Source: a virus. From it: a stretch of 53,246 nucleotides of DNA. Numbering within the stretch: the first letter of the stretch is position 1; each line of letters opens with the position of its first letter. Both the position numbers and the translations under genes were made by a program. A model generated the notes under the pieces. That model had not been told where the DNA came from. It did no database searches and saw only the letters and a program-made list of their open reading frames with translations. The DNA lies in IMG/VR virus record IMGVR_UViG_3300043622_000001, positions 1-53,246 of that record; one strand, given 5' to 3'. Of the stretch, positions 14,682 to 23,859 are shown piece after piece.

Positions 14682-15295
14682 GAGTCACCTCCCAAGTAGG
14701 AGTGGCGGAAGGGGTCGGGCGGTGCCACCGGCTTCGGAGCGGTCAGCGCGAAGCCCGCGTCGTAGAACCCGGTGTCCACCGTGACGCCGTACTCCGAGTG
14801 CGAGCCCTGGCACTGCCAGGCGCACAGGCGCGGCGGGCGCGGCCCGGCGGCCGGGTCCCAGGACGCGCCCGAGCAGCCGGCGGACGGGTAGCGGGCGACG
14901 ATGTTGAAGGCGGCGTCCCTGCCTACCGGCTCGCCGGGCTCGTAGTGGACCGTGCCGAGGCCGTAGAGGCCGCAGGCTGCACGTCGGACCCAGTCCCGGA
15001 CCCAGGGGCCATCGTCGCGGATGCCGTGCTCGACGTCGACGCAGGCCCACAGGCCCCACGCCGCGGCCGTGTCCCGGATCCAGTCCGGGTTGTCCCAGCC
15101 GCTGCAGAACCCGATCGCGCGCATGCCGGCGTCCTGGATGACGGCGAACTGGGCGCGGCTCCAGCGCACGGCCAGGCCGAGGTTGGGAGCGCTCCCGATG
15201 TAGCCGCCCCAGACCCGGACGCCGTTGGCGTAGGCGGCGCGCGCCTGGGCCGGCGTGGGGACGCTGAAGGAGGAGTCGCAGCCCTCGTAGGTCAT
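14678..15295 (-). CDS. Glycoside hydrolase-like protein (DUF1906/Rv2525c-like); cell-wall hydrolase (endolysin or tail lysin)
   Basis: 205 aa. 'GCDSSFSVPTPAQARAAYANGVRVWGGYIG...FAVIQDAGMRAIGF' resembles the TIM-barrel DUF1906 family used in actinophage lysins. Sits between the tail and lysis genes. Confidence 0.5.
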   Translation of the reverse strand: MTYEGCDSSFSVPTPAQARAAYANGVRVWGGYIGSAPNLGLAVRWSRAQFAVIQDAGMRAIGFCSGWDNPDWIRDTAAAWGLWACVDVEHGIRDDGPWVRDWVRRAACGLYGLGTVHYEPGEPVGRDAAFNIVARYPSAGCSGASWDPAAGPRPPRLCAWQCQGSHSEYGVTVDTGFYDAGFALTAPKPVAPPDPFRHSYLGGDS

Positions 15296-15314
15296 CCGGC
15301 CAGCCCTTCGATCC

Positions 15315-15611
15315 TCACGGTTCCACCAGCTGCGTGTGCAGGGGTTCGGAGTTGGACCAGCCGCTCCAGGCCCCGACCGCGACCGGGAACAGGTTCCGCC
15401 AGATCTTGCCGTCCAGGCCGACGCCGATCAGCTCGATGCCGCTGCCGTCCCCGATCCACTCCGCGTCGATAGCGGTGACCAGCCCTCCGAGGTTCACCCA
15501 GGGCCCGAACCCCGGTGCCAGGTAGACCACTGACTGATCCGGCGCGATCGCGAAGTAGTCCCGCCGGGTGGTCCCCGGCTGCGCGGCGATCGCGATGTCC
15601 TGATGGCCCAT
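15315..15611 (-). CDS. Hypothetical protein (98 aa), beta-propeller-blade-like repeats
   Basis: ORF track. Two Gly/Trp-rich repeats ('GPWVNLGG', 'GAWSGWSN'). Confidence 0.55.
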   Translation of the reverse strand: MGHQDIAIAAQPGTTRRDYFAIAPDQSVVYLAPGFGPWVNLGGLVTAIDAEWIGDGSGIELIGVGLDGKIWRNLFPVAVGAWSGWSNSEPLHTQLVEP

Positions 15612-15626
15612 GCTGCCTCCCAGCCC

Positions 15627-17534
15627 TCAGCGGGCGGCGTAGGTGGTGGTCAGGAAGTCGAGCGCACGAACGAAGCGCTGGAACTCGGCCCGTCCGCTGC
15701 TCGACTCCGGGAACTGGGTCAACGTGTAGCTGGCGAAGCCCGAGGTCTCGTCGATCTTGTAGCCGACGATCTGCACCTTCTGGCGAACGATGCCCAGGGT
15801 CGGGAGGTGGACCGTGACGTAATCCAGCTCCACCGGTCCCCATCCGTTGTTCCAGCGCAGCAGCTTCTCGTCGCGTGCAACGGTGACCTCCACCGCGACC
15901 AGCGGCGCCATCTTGCGCGCCTGGATCAGCGCGGCGTAGCGCCGAAGCAGGGAAAAGCCCACCATGCCCACGTCGCTGACCGTGTCGACGAGGACCATGT
16001 CGCCGGGCGCTCCCACGCGTCGCCAAGTGATCGAGCCGCCCGAATCGGAGCCCGACCCGGCGGTGGGGACGGCGTTGACCCGAGCGTCTGAGGAGTAGAT
16101 CTCGGCGACGTTCACGAGCCGCGTGCCGGAGGGCTCGACGTTGACCCCCTCCTCGAAGGTCAGTGAGGAGCTGAGGTCGGTGCCCAGGCCGGCAGCCGAG
16201 TATGTGATCGTGTCGGCCTTGGCGCCGGCACCCGGCGTCTTGCGGACCTGGGCGCCGTCGAAGGCAGCCGACGACATGATCATGTCGAGGTGGGTCTGGC
16301 CCTGGCCGACGACCACGCTGCCCGGGTTGGTGGGATGGGCGGCACCGGTGATCGATGACTGGAAGCGGTCAGTGCCCCAGCTACTTCCGGTCCAGCCCGC
16401 GGTCTGGTTGGTCCGCGAGTTGAAGTGGAGCCGGTTGAAGTACGCCGTCGGCGACCCGCCCGCTGTGTACCGGAAGCTGAGCCCGATCCGCCCACCGGAG
16501 CCGGCGCTGATGGCGGCCGAGCAACTCGGGTCCTTCCCGTTGAGGATCACGCGCAGAGTCGGCGTGGTGGTCGTGAGGCCGGCTCCGGTGGCCGCCGGAC
16601 AGCGGATCGCGGTCAGCTCGAAGGGGAAGGTGGCGGGGACGTTGGTGAAGACGTTGGCGCTGCTGGCCACCGCCGTGAACACCGTGGCCGCGATCGAGAG
16701 GATGCGGACGTCCACGTTATAGAGGCCGCTCCCGCCCGAGGTCTGCTTCATCACGAACTCGATCAGGTAGCCGTTGGCCGCGGTCGCGTCGGCGGCCAGG
16801 TAGATCCCGACGTCGCCGGCGAACGTCGTGTCCGTACCCGCCACGCAGACGCCGGTGGCGGTGACCATGCAAGCGGCGAACTGGGTGTCCGACCACGTCG
16901 AGCCCCTGAGCAGGATCGCCGTCGAGCCGGTGGTGCTGACGGCGCTCTCGCCGAACAGCGCGTCCGTGGTCGATGACCAGGCTCCGCTGACCGCTGAGTA
17001 GTCGGTGCTGGCCGGGTGCCCGCTCGAGCTGGTTCCGCTCCAGTTGGCGAAGTCGTCGCCCCAGAGCACTTCTTGGGTCGCGCAGAAGACGGCGGCGGTG
17101 CGGCCTCCGGAGTTGCCGAGGACGACCTGCTCGCCCGGGATGACCTGGCTCTGCTGGAGCCAGTAGAGGGTGTCCATCCCGCTCAGGCGCCAGGAGTCGC
17201 TGGCGGCCAGGTCCATCTTTGTGATCACACCGCTCACCACCGGGACACCGGCTCCCACGCTGCCCATGTAGCCCTCGACCTTGAGTCCGATCCCGCGGTT
17301 GGTGGCGGCCAGGATGGCGTCGTATTGCGGGCGGTGCGCCCAGTGCTCGTCGGTCTGAGGACCGGGCAGGACGAGATCGAACTCGCCCATCGTGGAGGAG
17401 CCGGGGATCCCTGTCACGGGCGCGTTCACCGCCCACTGCGATTGGCGAAGGTGGTAGAGGTCGCTGACGACCACTGAGCCGCTGTTGGGGTCCCGGAGCA
17501 GGTAGGCCAGCTTGGGCTTCTCGCCGGCAGGCAT
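15627..17534 (-). CDS. Minor tail protein (635 aa), candidate receptor-binding or tail-tip protein
   Basis: ATG 17534 (ATGA overlap) within ORF 15627..17654. Ser/Thr/Gly/Ala-rich, beta-rich composition. Lies downstream of the tape measure. Confidence 0.6.
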   Translation of the reverse strand: MPAGEKPKLAYLLRDPNSGSVVVSDLYHLRQSQWAVNAPVTGIPGSSTMGEFDLVLPGPQTDEHWAHRPQYDAILAATNRGIGLKVEGYMGSVGAGVPVVSGVITKMDLAASDSWRLSGMDTLYWLQQSQVIPGEQVVLGNSGGRTAAVFCATQEVLWGDDFANWSGTSSSGHPASTDYSAVSGAWSSTTDALFGESAVSTTGSTAILLRGSTWSDTQFAACMVTATGVCVAGTDTTFAGDVGIYLAADATAANGYLIEFVMKQTSGGSGLYNVDVRILSIAATVFTAVASSANVFTNVPATFPFELTAIRCPAATGAGLTTTTPTLRVILNGKDPSCSAAISAGSGGRIGLSFRYTAGGSPTAYFNRLHFNSRTNQTAGWTGSSWGTDRFQSSITGAAHPTNPGSVVVGQGQTHLDMIMSSAAFDGAQVRKTPGAGAKADTITYSAAGLGTDLSSSLTFEEGVNVEPSGTRLVNVAEIYSSDARVNAVPTAGSGSDSGGSITWRRVGAPGDMVLVDTVSDVGMVGFSLLRRYAALIQARKMAPLVAVEVTVARDEKLLRWNNGWGPVELDYVTVHLPTLGIVRQKVQIVGYKIDETSGFASYTLTQFPESSSGRAEFQRFVRALDFLTTTYAAR

Positions 17535-17929
17535 CAGAGGGTGACCCTCCAGCCGAAGCGGTACTCGGTGGTGGCGGCAAGGGCCGTCGTGCTGGCCACC
17601 GCGAACTGCGCGAGCAGGCCGTTCTGGAGTTGAGCTACGACCTGGAACGCACACCCCGCGGGAGGGGCCGTCCAGGGCGTAAGGCCGATGTCCGGGGAGG
17701 CGAACGAGGCGGCGCTCGTGATCCCCGGGTAGGCTGCCGACTGGGTCGCCACATAGGCGTCCATGTCGGCGACCGGCTGCACGTCCAGCGTCACGAGGAC
17801 CAGAGGTCCGGCGGCGAGCCCCGAGGCGCCGGTGAGCAGTCTGAGGCGCCCTCGGAGTCCGGTGTCGTCGGCCTGGATCTGGGCCTGAGCACCCACGCCG
17901 GCGGCCGGCCGCGCCACGATGCTGACCAT
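17534..17929 (-). CDS. Hypothetical tail-module protein (131 aa)
   Basis: ATG 17929 (ATGA overlap) within ORF 17534..17968. Confidence 0.5.
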   Translation of the reverse strand: MVSIVARPAAGVGAQAQIQADDTGLRGRLRLLTGASGLAAGPLVLVTLDVQPVADMDAYVATQSAAYPGITSAASFASPDIGLTPWTAPPAGCAFQVVAQLQNGLLAQFAVASTTALAATTEYRFGWRVTL

Positions 17930-19851
17930 CAGCCCCTCGTGAGCCGCCGCTCGGCCACGAACGCCCACTGAGCCCAGATGTCGGCCGGGAAGTCGCCCTG
18001 GCCCAGGGTCGCGCTGCGCTTCGGCACCAGGACCGCCTGGTCGATGAACCAGTCGGTCGTCGTGGTTGCCGTCGTCACCGCTCGGAAGCGCATGTGGTGG
18101 GTCGCGGTCGGGGTCACGTCGGTGCAGATCCGAACCCAGACGTAGCTCGTGGACAGGCCAGCCGCGTTGGGCGCGTAGGTGGTGCTGGCGACGTACGCAC
18201 CGGAGCCGCCGCCGCCGTCATCGTCCCAGAGCCCGATCTGCATCTGCGAGGTGGAGCTGGCCACCGAGGCGACCCGCATCCGCACCCACGTGTCGTAGAC
18301 GCCGGCGGGCGGGATCCAGCTGGTGCCCCAGATATCGCGGTTGCCGGAGGCGGTACCGGAGGCGCACTTGGCGGCGTTGCCGCCGCTGGAGCCGGCGTCG
18401 GCAATCGAGGTCCAGCCCGTGCCCAACGTCCCACTCTCGGCCTCGGCCATCAGGCTCGCCGGCGTGGTGGAGAACGGGGCCGCGACGATGCCGTACTGCT
18501 TGGTGACGTTCTGGTTCGGCGAGGTCGTCTCCCCGAAGCCGACGTCCGTGGTGCTGCCGGCACCCGGCTGGCCAGCGTTGGGCGGGTTCTGCCAGAGCAG
18601 GCCCACGAGCGGCTCGTTGGCGGTGGAGCCGATGCCCACAGCCCAGCCGGCGTCCGCGGCCAGCCCCACGTTGGTCGGCCCGCCCTGCGTCGCCACGTCA
18701 TATGCCTGCGTCGAGTTCACCACCGCCTTGACCGCCGTCTGGAAGGCGAGGTCCAGCGCGTACGCGGTACTGGAATTCTGGGTGAGCGGGGTGTAGGCCA
18801 CCGAGGCGGCGTAGTGGCCGGCCGAGAGGCGCACGGCGAAGCTGGCGTAGTTCCCGGCCGAGGTGCCGAGCGTGATGTCCGCACGGGCGTCATAGGGGCC
18901 AACGCGGACGAGGTCGAAGCCCCGGATGGCGCCGGGGTTGCCGGAGTTGTCCTTCCACGAGAGCTGGGCTACGAAGTTCCAACCGGCCGTGCCCTGGGTG
19001 TTCCAGAGGTAGAGGTCTGGAGTCCCGTTCCCGCCCTGGTTGAAGCGGAGCAATAGCAGGCCGTTGGTAATCACGAGATCGCCGCTCAGCCCGTGCTTGG
19101 TGCCGTAGACCAGAACCCAGTTGGAGTTCGCGAAGCCGGCTCCCGCCGCTGGCACTGCGTTGCTGCCGGCGGTGATTGTGTCGTAGACCTTGACCCCGCC
19201 GGTGAAGAGGCCGGCTACCGTGCCCGGCTTGGCGAACCTGGCCGGATTCATCGACGACCCGGAGGCCAGGACGCTGACCGGGATCGTTCCTTCTCCGCCG
19301 GCCCGCGAGAGAGCGGTGGCCGGGACCTGCGTCGAGCCCACCGGGTAGGAGATCAGCGGAAGCGGGGTCGAGGTGTAGGTGCTGGTCAGAGCGCCGCCGG
19401 CCCAGCGGACGCCGAGCGGCGTCAGGGGAGGAGCTGTCCTTGTGAAGGTGGCCCTGGCCTCCACGGCGCCCCGCTGGTTGTACGTCTCGGGGTCGTAGGC
19501 GAGGGCGTCCAGCCAGTACCAGCCGTCGTGGGAGTCGCTACGAACGGGATAGACCGGGCTGGGCTGTGCGGTCTGGTAGGGCTGCAGGTAGACCGGCTGC
19601 ATCTCCGGGTTGGAACGCAACTCCTCGAGCTGGGCTTCGAGCAGACGCAGGGCAGCGAGGCTGTTGGCCGACTGCCCACCCAGGGCCTGCCACGCCTCGA
19701 TGCTGAACTCGACGTCCAGCTTCTCCACGTCCCCGCCCTGCGACCAGACGACCGGGCTGGAGCCGGCCACGGTGGCGCTGGCGAGCAGCTGTCCACCCTG
19801 GGTGACTACGTGGGCGGGCCGGCCGCCGAGGTCGACGTCGTTGATGATCAC
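17929..19851 (-). CDS. Minor tail protein (640 aa) with a C-terminal carbohydrate-binding-like domain
   Basis: Immediately follows the tape measure. The C-terminal segment 'AEAESGTLGTGWTSIADAGSSGGNAAKCASGTASGN...WVRMRVAS' resembles CBM-type lectin modules. Confidence 0.6.
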   Translation of the reverse strand: MIINDVDLGGRPAHVVTQGGQLLASATVAGSSPVVWSQGGDVEKLDVEFSIEAWQALGGQSANSLAALRLLEAQLEELRSNPEMQPVYLQPYQTAQPSPVYPVRSDSHDGWYWLDALAYDPETYNQRGAVEARATFTRTAPPLTPLGVRWAGGALTSTYTSTPLPLISYPVGSTQVPATALSRAGGEGTIPVSVLASGSSMNPARFAKPGTVAGLFTGGVKVYDTITAGSNAVPAAGAGFANSNWVLVYGTKHGLSGDLVITNGLLLLRFNQGGNGTPDLYLWNTQGTAGWNFVAQLSWKDNSGNPGAIRGFDLVRVGPYDARADITLGTSAGNYASFAVRLSAGHYAASVAYTPLTQNSSTAYALDLAFQTAVKAVVNSTQAYDVATQGGPTNVGLAADAGWAVGIGSTANEPLVGLLWQNPPNAGQPGAGSTTDVGFGETTSPNQNVTKQYGIVAAPFSTTPASLMAEAESGTLGTGWTSIADAGSSGGNAAKCASGTASGNRDIWGTSWIPPAGVYDTWVRMRVASVASSTSQMQIGLWDDDGGGGSGAYVASTTYAPNAAGLSTSYVWVRICTDVTPTATHHMRFRAVTTATTTTDWFIDQAVLVPKRSATLGQGDFPADIWAQWAFVAERRLTRG

Positions 19852-21716
19852 GTGGCCACCAGGTAGCGGGACAGGCGCCGGTCGACGGCCATCGCCACCG
19901 CCTCGGGGTTGGTCGCCCCGTTGACCGTCACGTTGACCGAGACCGAGGGCGTGGCCCGGCCCGAGGCGTGAGGGATGACGAAGCCACCGGCGCCCGGGCC
20001 CATGACCAGCGTCTCCGGCCCGTTCTCGCCCACCGTGTAGACCCGCCCCGGGAGGGCGGGGCCGCCGGTCGCCAGCCCGGCCTGGATGCCGCCGGCCTGG
20101 TTCACCCGCTGGTCCTGCACGATCCTGACATGGGTCGTGATCTCGCGCGGGATCTGGGTGTTGAGCTGGTCGATGTAGCCCTGGAGAGATGTCCGCAGCG
20201 GTGAGCCCGGGGCCAGGGTCGCCGCCACCTGCTCCAAGGCCCCGCGCTGGTTCCGAAGACTATCGGTCGCCGTGTAGCCGGCGCCGGCCTGCTCGTTCCA
20301 CTTCTGGTGGAGTTGGTCGGCGGCGGCGGCCTCCGAGAGGGCGGACTGCTGGGCGTCGAGCTGAGCCTTGGCCACGGCCTCGGTCGCGTCCTTGGCCTGC
20401 TGGCTGTTCGGCCCGTACGCCTGCACGGCGTCGGTCAGCGCCTTGACCGCCTCGTTGTAGCTGGACACCGAGTCTCGCGCCGAGAGGACCGACTGCTGGT
20501 ACTGGAGGTCGGCGTTGAAGGTGCCCAGGAGGACGTCGTGGTTCTTCTGGAGCGCGTCCGAGTTCGCCTTGATGGCGTCGGTCGCCGCGTGCACAATGTC
20601 CGATCCCGTGACCTTGCCGCTGTTGTAGTCGGTCTGGGCTTTGGTCCCTTCCTTCTGCTTCCCGCTCAGGATCTCGATGCCGAGCTGGGCCTGAGCGAGC
20701 GGATCGATCAGCGCTCGGGCGTTCACGACCATCTGCGCCCAATCGGGCAGCTTGCCGCTGCCGCCGGCGTCCTTGGCGGCGCCGCTGACCTTCCCGAAGG
20801 CGTCGGCGACGGTCAGCGCGGCACTCGTCACCTTGACGAACTCCGGAAGCACCTGCGTCCCCAGGCTGACCTGGAGGTTGTCCATCTCGGCGCTGAGGGC
20901 GCGGGTGTTCGAGGCCAGGGTGCCGCCTGAGCGCGCGACGTCGTTCTGCTGGGTCGCGGTCTGGGCCAGGATCAGGTTGATCGTGGCCGCCGCCTTGGCC
21001 TGAGCTGAGATCTGACTCGTCGAAGTGGCCAGCCCCTCCTTCACGGCCTCTTCCGCCACCGCCGCGGCGTTCAGGTGAACCCCGAAGCGCTCCAGGGGGT
21101 CGAACTCGCCGCGGAGCGCCGCTTGGATCCCGTCCAGCGCCTCGGAGACGGGGATGTTGGAGAAGGAGGAGAGGTCGGTGGCCAGGGAGGTCAGCGTGGT
21201 GCTGACCTTGAGCAGGCTGGCGTCGGTGAACCCAACCGCCTTGAGGCCGGTGGCGATCGAGGTGGTCGCCTGGAGCGCGTCCTTCTCCGAGAGGCCGGCC
21301 GCGGCCATGCTCTTCGCATACTGCTCGGCGGCGCCGGCACTGGCGCCGAAGACCACCCGGCTGGCGGTCAGCTGCTCGTTGAGGTTGGAGGCCGCCGTCG
21401 CCAGCTTGAAGCCGATCGCGACCGCACCAGCGGCGGCCGCCACCGTCATGGTGGCGAGGCCGCCGGCCGCCGCCTCCCCGCCCAGGCCCACGCTCTCCAG
21501 TCCGCCGGCCACATTGGACCCCACTGGCCCGAACTTCTGGAGGTCGTCGGTGAGCCCGCCGAAGACCCGGCTGAGCTTCCCGCCCTTGGTGCCCGCCTTG
21601 TCGAACTCGTCCCCGATCCCCTTGGAGGCGGAGGACGCCCGCTTCTGGCCAGCCGAGAGGTCTGAGGTGTCGAGCGTGAGCCGGGCCTTCAGCTCGCGGA
21701 GCGCGGTATCGGCCAC
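19848..21716 (-). CDS. Tape measure protein
   Basis: 622 aa, Ala/Gly/Gln-rich helical composition. Directly downstream of the G/G-T chaperone pair. GTG start at 21716. Confidence 0.85.
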   Translation of the reverse strand: MADTALRELKARLTLDTSDLSAGQKRASSASKGIGDEFDKAGTKGGKLSRVFGGLTDDLQKFGPVGSNVAGGLESVGLGGEAAAGGLATMTVAAAAGAVAIGFKLATAASNLNEQLTASRVVFGASAGAAEQYAKSMAAAGLSEKDALQATTSIATGLKAVGFTDASLLKVSTTLTSLATDLSSFSNIPVSEALDGIQAALRGEFDPLERFGVHLNAAAVAEEAVKEGLATSTSQISAQAKAAATINLILAQTATQQNDVARSGGTLASNTRALSAEMDNLQVSLGTQVLPEFVKVTSAALTVADAFGKVSGAAKDAGGSGKLPDWAQMVVNARALIDPLAQAQLGIEILSGKQKEGTKAQTDYNSGKVTGSDIVHAATDAIKANSDALQKNHDVLLGTFNADLQYQQSVLSARDSVSSYNEAVKALTDAVQAYGPNSQQAKDATEAVAKAQLDAQQSALSEAAAADQLHQKWNEQAGAGYTATDSLRNQRGALEQVAATLAPGSPLRTSLQGYIDQLNTQIPREITTHVRIVQDQRVNQAGGIQAGLATGGPALPGRVYTVGENGPETLVMGPGAGGFVIPHASGRATPSVSVNVTVNGATNPEAVAMAVDRRLSRYLVAT

Positions 21717-21717
21717 G

Positions 21718-22217
21718 TCAGCCTCCGGCCCGGTTCATCGCGGCCTCGGCGTCGAGGAGCGCGAACAGCTGCGCGGGGGTCATTCGGAGGAACTCGGCAT
21801 GGGAGCGGCCGAAGCGGACGGTGGCGAGGTAGTAGTGCTGCGCCCAGGGGAGCCGCTCGTCTCCCCGTCGTCTTTTCCCTCGCGGCCCTTGCGCGGCGGG
21901 ATCGCCTCCTGCCACGCCCCGACGATGGCGGCGTGGTACTCGTTGAGGCGCTCCGGCTCGATCGGCGGCTGGAGACACTCCAGGACTACCTCCGGCGGCA
22001 TGCCGGTGTGGCTCAGGCCCGCCGTCAGGGCCACCCGGATCATCTTCAGCATCCGGCCTCGGTAGCCGTCGTCGAGCGCTTCGGTGAACCCATGGAGGCC
22101 GCCGAACTCCTCCTCGATCTGCTCCAGCGCGGGGTAGTCGAAGACGAGCCGTAGCCGCTCGCCGCCCAGCTCGACGTGGGCGCCGAGGGCCAGCACCCGC
22201 TGAGCCTCGGTGGCCAT
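21718..22217 (-). CDS. Tail assembly chaperone, -1 frameshift extension product (G-T-like)
   Basis: After G_GGA_AAA the -1 frame reads 'GKRRRGDERLPWAQHYYLATVRFGRSHAEFLRMTPAQLFALLDAEAAMNRAGG', matching ORF 21718..21978. It ends 1 nt before the tape measure start. Confidence 0.75.
21780..22217 (-). CDS. Tail assembly chaperone (G-like, 145 aa)
   Basis: ATG 22217 (ATGA overlap with the major tail gene). Contains the slippery heptamer near its 3' end. Confidence 0.8.
   Translation of the reverse strand: MATEAQRVLALGAHVELGGERLRLVFDYPALEQIEEEFGGLHGFTEALDDGYRGRMLKMIRVALTAGLSHTGMPPEVVLECLQPPIEPERLNEYHAAIVGAWQEAIPPRKGREGKDDGETSGSPGRSTTTSPPSASAAPMPSSSE
21873..21879 (-). promoter_or_regulatory. Programmed -1 ribosomal frameshift slippery heptamer G_GGA_AAA
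   Basis: Plus strand ttttccc at 21873-21879. Codon phase checked against both stop codons (21780 and 21718). Confidence 0.75.
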
Positions 22218-22789
22218 CAAGCCACAGCGACGAGCGTCTCGTTGGCCACGTACGTCAGCCAGGCGTTGGCCGGGTTCGAGGCCGGCGTCCCGATCGTCGG
22301 CACGGCCATGAAGTCGAAGGACTGGATGTCGTAGTCCTCCTCCTCCAGGCCCACGGGCATCGAGCCCGGCATCGCCTTCCAGAAGATGATGTGGACGTCG
22401 CCGCCGACGTAGTCGGTCTGCAGGGTCTGGGCCTCCACCTTGGCGAAGGCGGGCAGCGTGGACTGCGAGATGGCCATCGTGACCGTCTGGTTGGGCGTGG
22501 TGCCGGCGTCGGTGGCGAGGGCGTTCGTCAGGGCCGTCCAGATGTCGAAGCTGAAGCGCGCGTACTCCACGGTGCCGCTGATCTCGCTGAGCACGGAGTC
22601 CGCCGAGAGCAGCGTGTTGTCGCCGCGCAGGGTCTTGGTGTCCACCGAGAGCGTGGTCTTGAGGGACTTCACGCCCGGGACGTCCACGGCCGCGGCGTAG
22701 GTCGGCGCCGTGGCCGCCACGTCGGTGCTCAGCTTGTGGATCTTGGCGTCGTTCACGCCGTACTTCTTGGTGGTGTGGCCGAGTGCCAT
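22217..22789 (-). CDS. Major tail protein
   Basis: 190 aa. Position between the tail terminator and chaperones, and an abundant-protein-like composition. Confidence 0.7.
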   Translation of the reverse strand: MALGHTTKKYGVNDAKIHKLSTDVAATAPTYAAAVDVPGVKSLKTTLSVDTKTLRGDNTLLSADSVLSEISGTVEYARFSFDIWTALTNALATDAGTTPNQTVTMAISQSTLPAFAKVEAQTLQTDYVGGDVHIIFWKAMPGSMPVGLEEEDYDIQSFDFMAVPTIGTPASNPANAWLTYVANETLVAVA

Positions 22790-22831
22790 GGGGACTCCTT
22801 CGCCAGCTCGGCCGGCGGCAGATACCGCTCG

Positions 22832-23194
22832 TCAGGAGGAGGGACGGACGAGCGAAACGTCCTGGTTGGACCTGATCTCCAGGTCCGCCGACACCCAGCG
22901 GGGGCGGTGGCAGTGCGGGCAGCGGACGCAGATCGGAAGGTCGGCCTCGCGCAGCAGGCCCAACCCGATCGGAGCGATCCGGCCGCCGGCAGGAGCGAAC
23001 TCGCGGCCGGTCATCTCGTAGGCCAGGCTGCGCTCCTGTCGGCTGCTCTCGTCGACGCGCTCCAGGATGCCCTTGCGCCAGGTCCACCCCCGCTGGATCT
23101 TCCACACGGCCCTGGGGCGTCCGCTGACGATCGACAGGCCGACCTCCCCCAGCGGCTTCCCGCAGTGGGTGGTGGCGCAGAGGACGGTGGGCAT
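22832..23194 (-). CDS. Zinc-ribbon-like hypothetical protein (120 aa)
   Basis: ORF track. 'CATTHCGK' ... 'CVRCPHCH'. High third-position GC supports coding. Confidence 0.6.
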   Translation of the reverse strand: MPTVLCATTHCGKPLGEVGLSIVSGRPRAVWKIQRGWTWRKGILERVDESSRQERSLAYEMTGREFAPAGGRIAPIGLGLLREADLPICVRCPHCHRPRWVSADLEIRSNQDVSLVRPSS

Positions 23195-23625
23195 CAGGTG
23201 TCCCGGCGGAGCACGACCGCGTAGGTCTTGCGGATGATGTTGGCGTCCGCGGTGCCCAGCTCCCGAGGGCCGTCGGTGAGGTGACAGCCGTAGATCCGAC
23301 GGGCCGGGGAGCCGAAGGTTCCCAACGAGGCGCCCGCGAGGCTGCGCGCCAGCGCGTAGGGCAGGGTGTAGCTCTCGACACGGCTGCCGCTCGAGGGCGT
23401 GTCGGCGTACATGAAGAGGTCCACCTGCAGCTCCTCGCTTACCGGGGAGCTGCCGCCCAGCGCCGCGCCGCCGTCCTCGGTGCCTTCGACCGAGGAGCTG
23501 ATCCCCTCGTGGATGACGATGTAGGGCAGGGCCTGAGCGGGAGGCGGCGACCGGACGAAGATGGGCGTGGCCAGGCTCTGCGTCTCAAGGTAGACCTTGA
23601 GCGCGCCGCCCGTCGTGCTCGCCAT
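23194..23625 (-). CDS. Tail terminator-like protein (DUF3168-like)
   Basis: 143 aa. 'ALKVYLETQSLATPIFVRSPPPAQALPYIVIHEG' resembles DUF3168/gp11-type terminators. Position is upstream of the major tail gene. Confidence 0.6.
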   Translation of the reverse strand: MASTTGGALKVYLETQSLATPIFVRSPPPAQALPYIVIHEGISSSVEGTEDGGAALGGSSPVSEELQVDLFMYADTPSSGSRVESYTLPYALARSLAGASLGTFGSPARRIYGCHLTDGPRELGTADANIIRKTYAVVLRRDT

Positions 23626-23646
23626 CAGCGACTGGGTCCTTCCGCC

Positions 23647-23859
23647 ATGCTCGCGCGTTGTGCGGTCATGACATTGATCGTCCTCGGCTTCCTCGCGGCG
23701 GCCATCGCCCAGACACTCCTCATCGGAGGTCTCGTGTCCGGTACGCCCGGCGGACTCCGGTATCTGGCCCTGCTGGTCATGTTCGGAGTCGCGGCCAACG
23801 CCTTCGTCTACATCTGGGCCGATCGCCGGCTGGCTACTGCGCGGCGAACGCCTGCCTGA
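23647..23859 (+). CDS. Opposite-strand small two-TM membrane protein (70 aa; alternative start 23668)
   Basis: In-frame ATGs within ORF 23281..23859. It fills a 208-nt gap in the minus-strand structural operon. 'MTLIVLGFLAAAIAQTLLIGGLVSG...LALLVMFGVAANAFVYIW'. No clear Shine-Dalgarno. Confidence 0.45.
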   Translation: MLARCAVMTLIVLGFLAAAIAQTLLIGGLVSGTPGGLRYLALLVMFGVAANAFVYIWADRRLATARRTPA

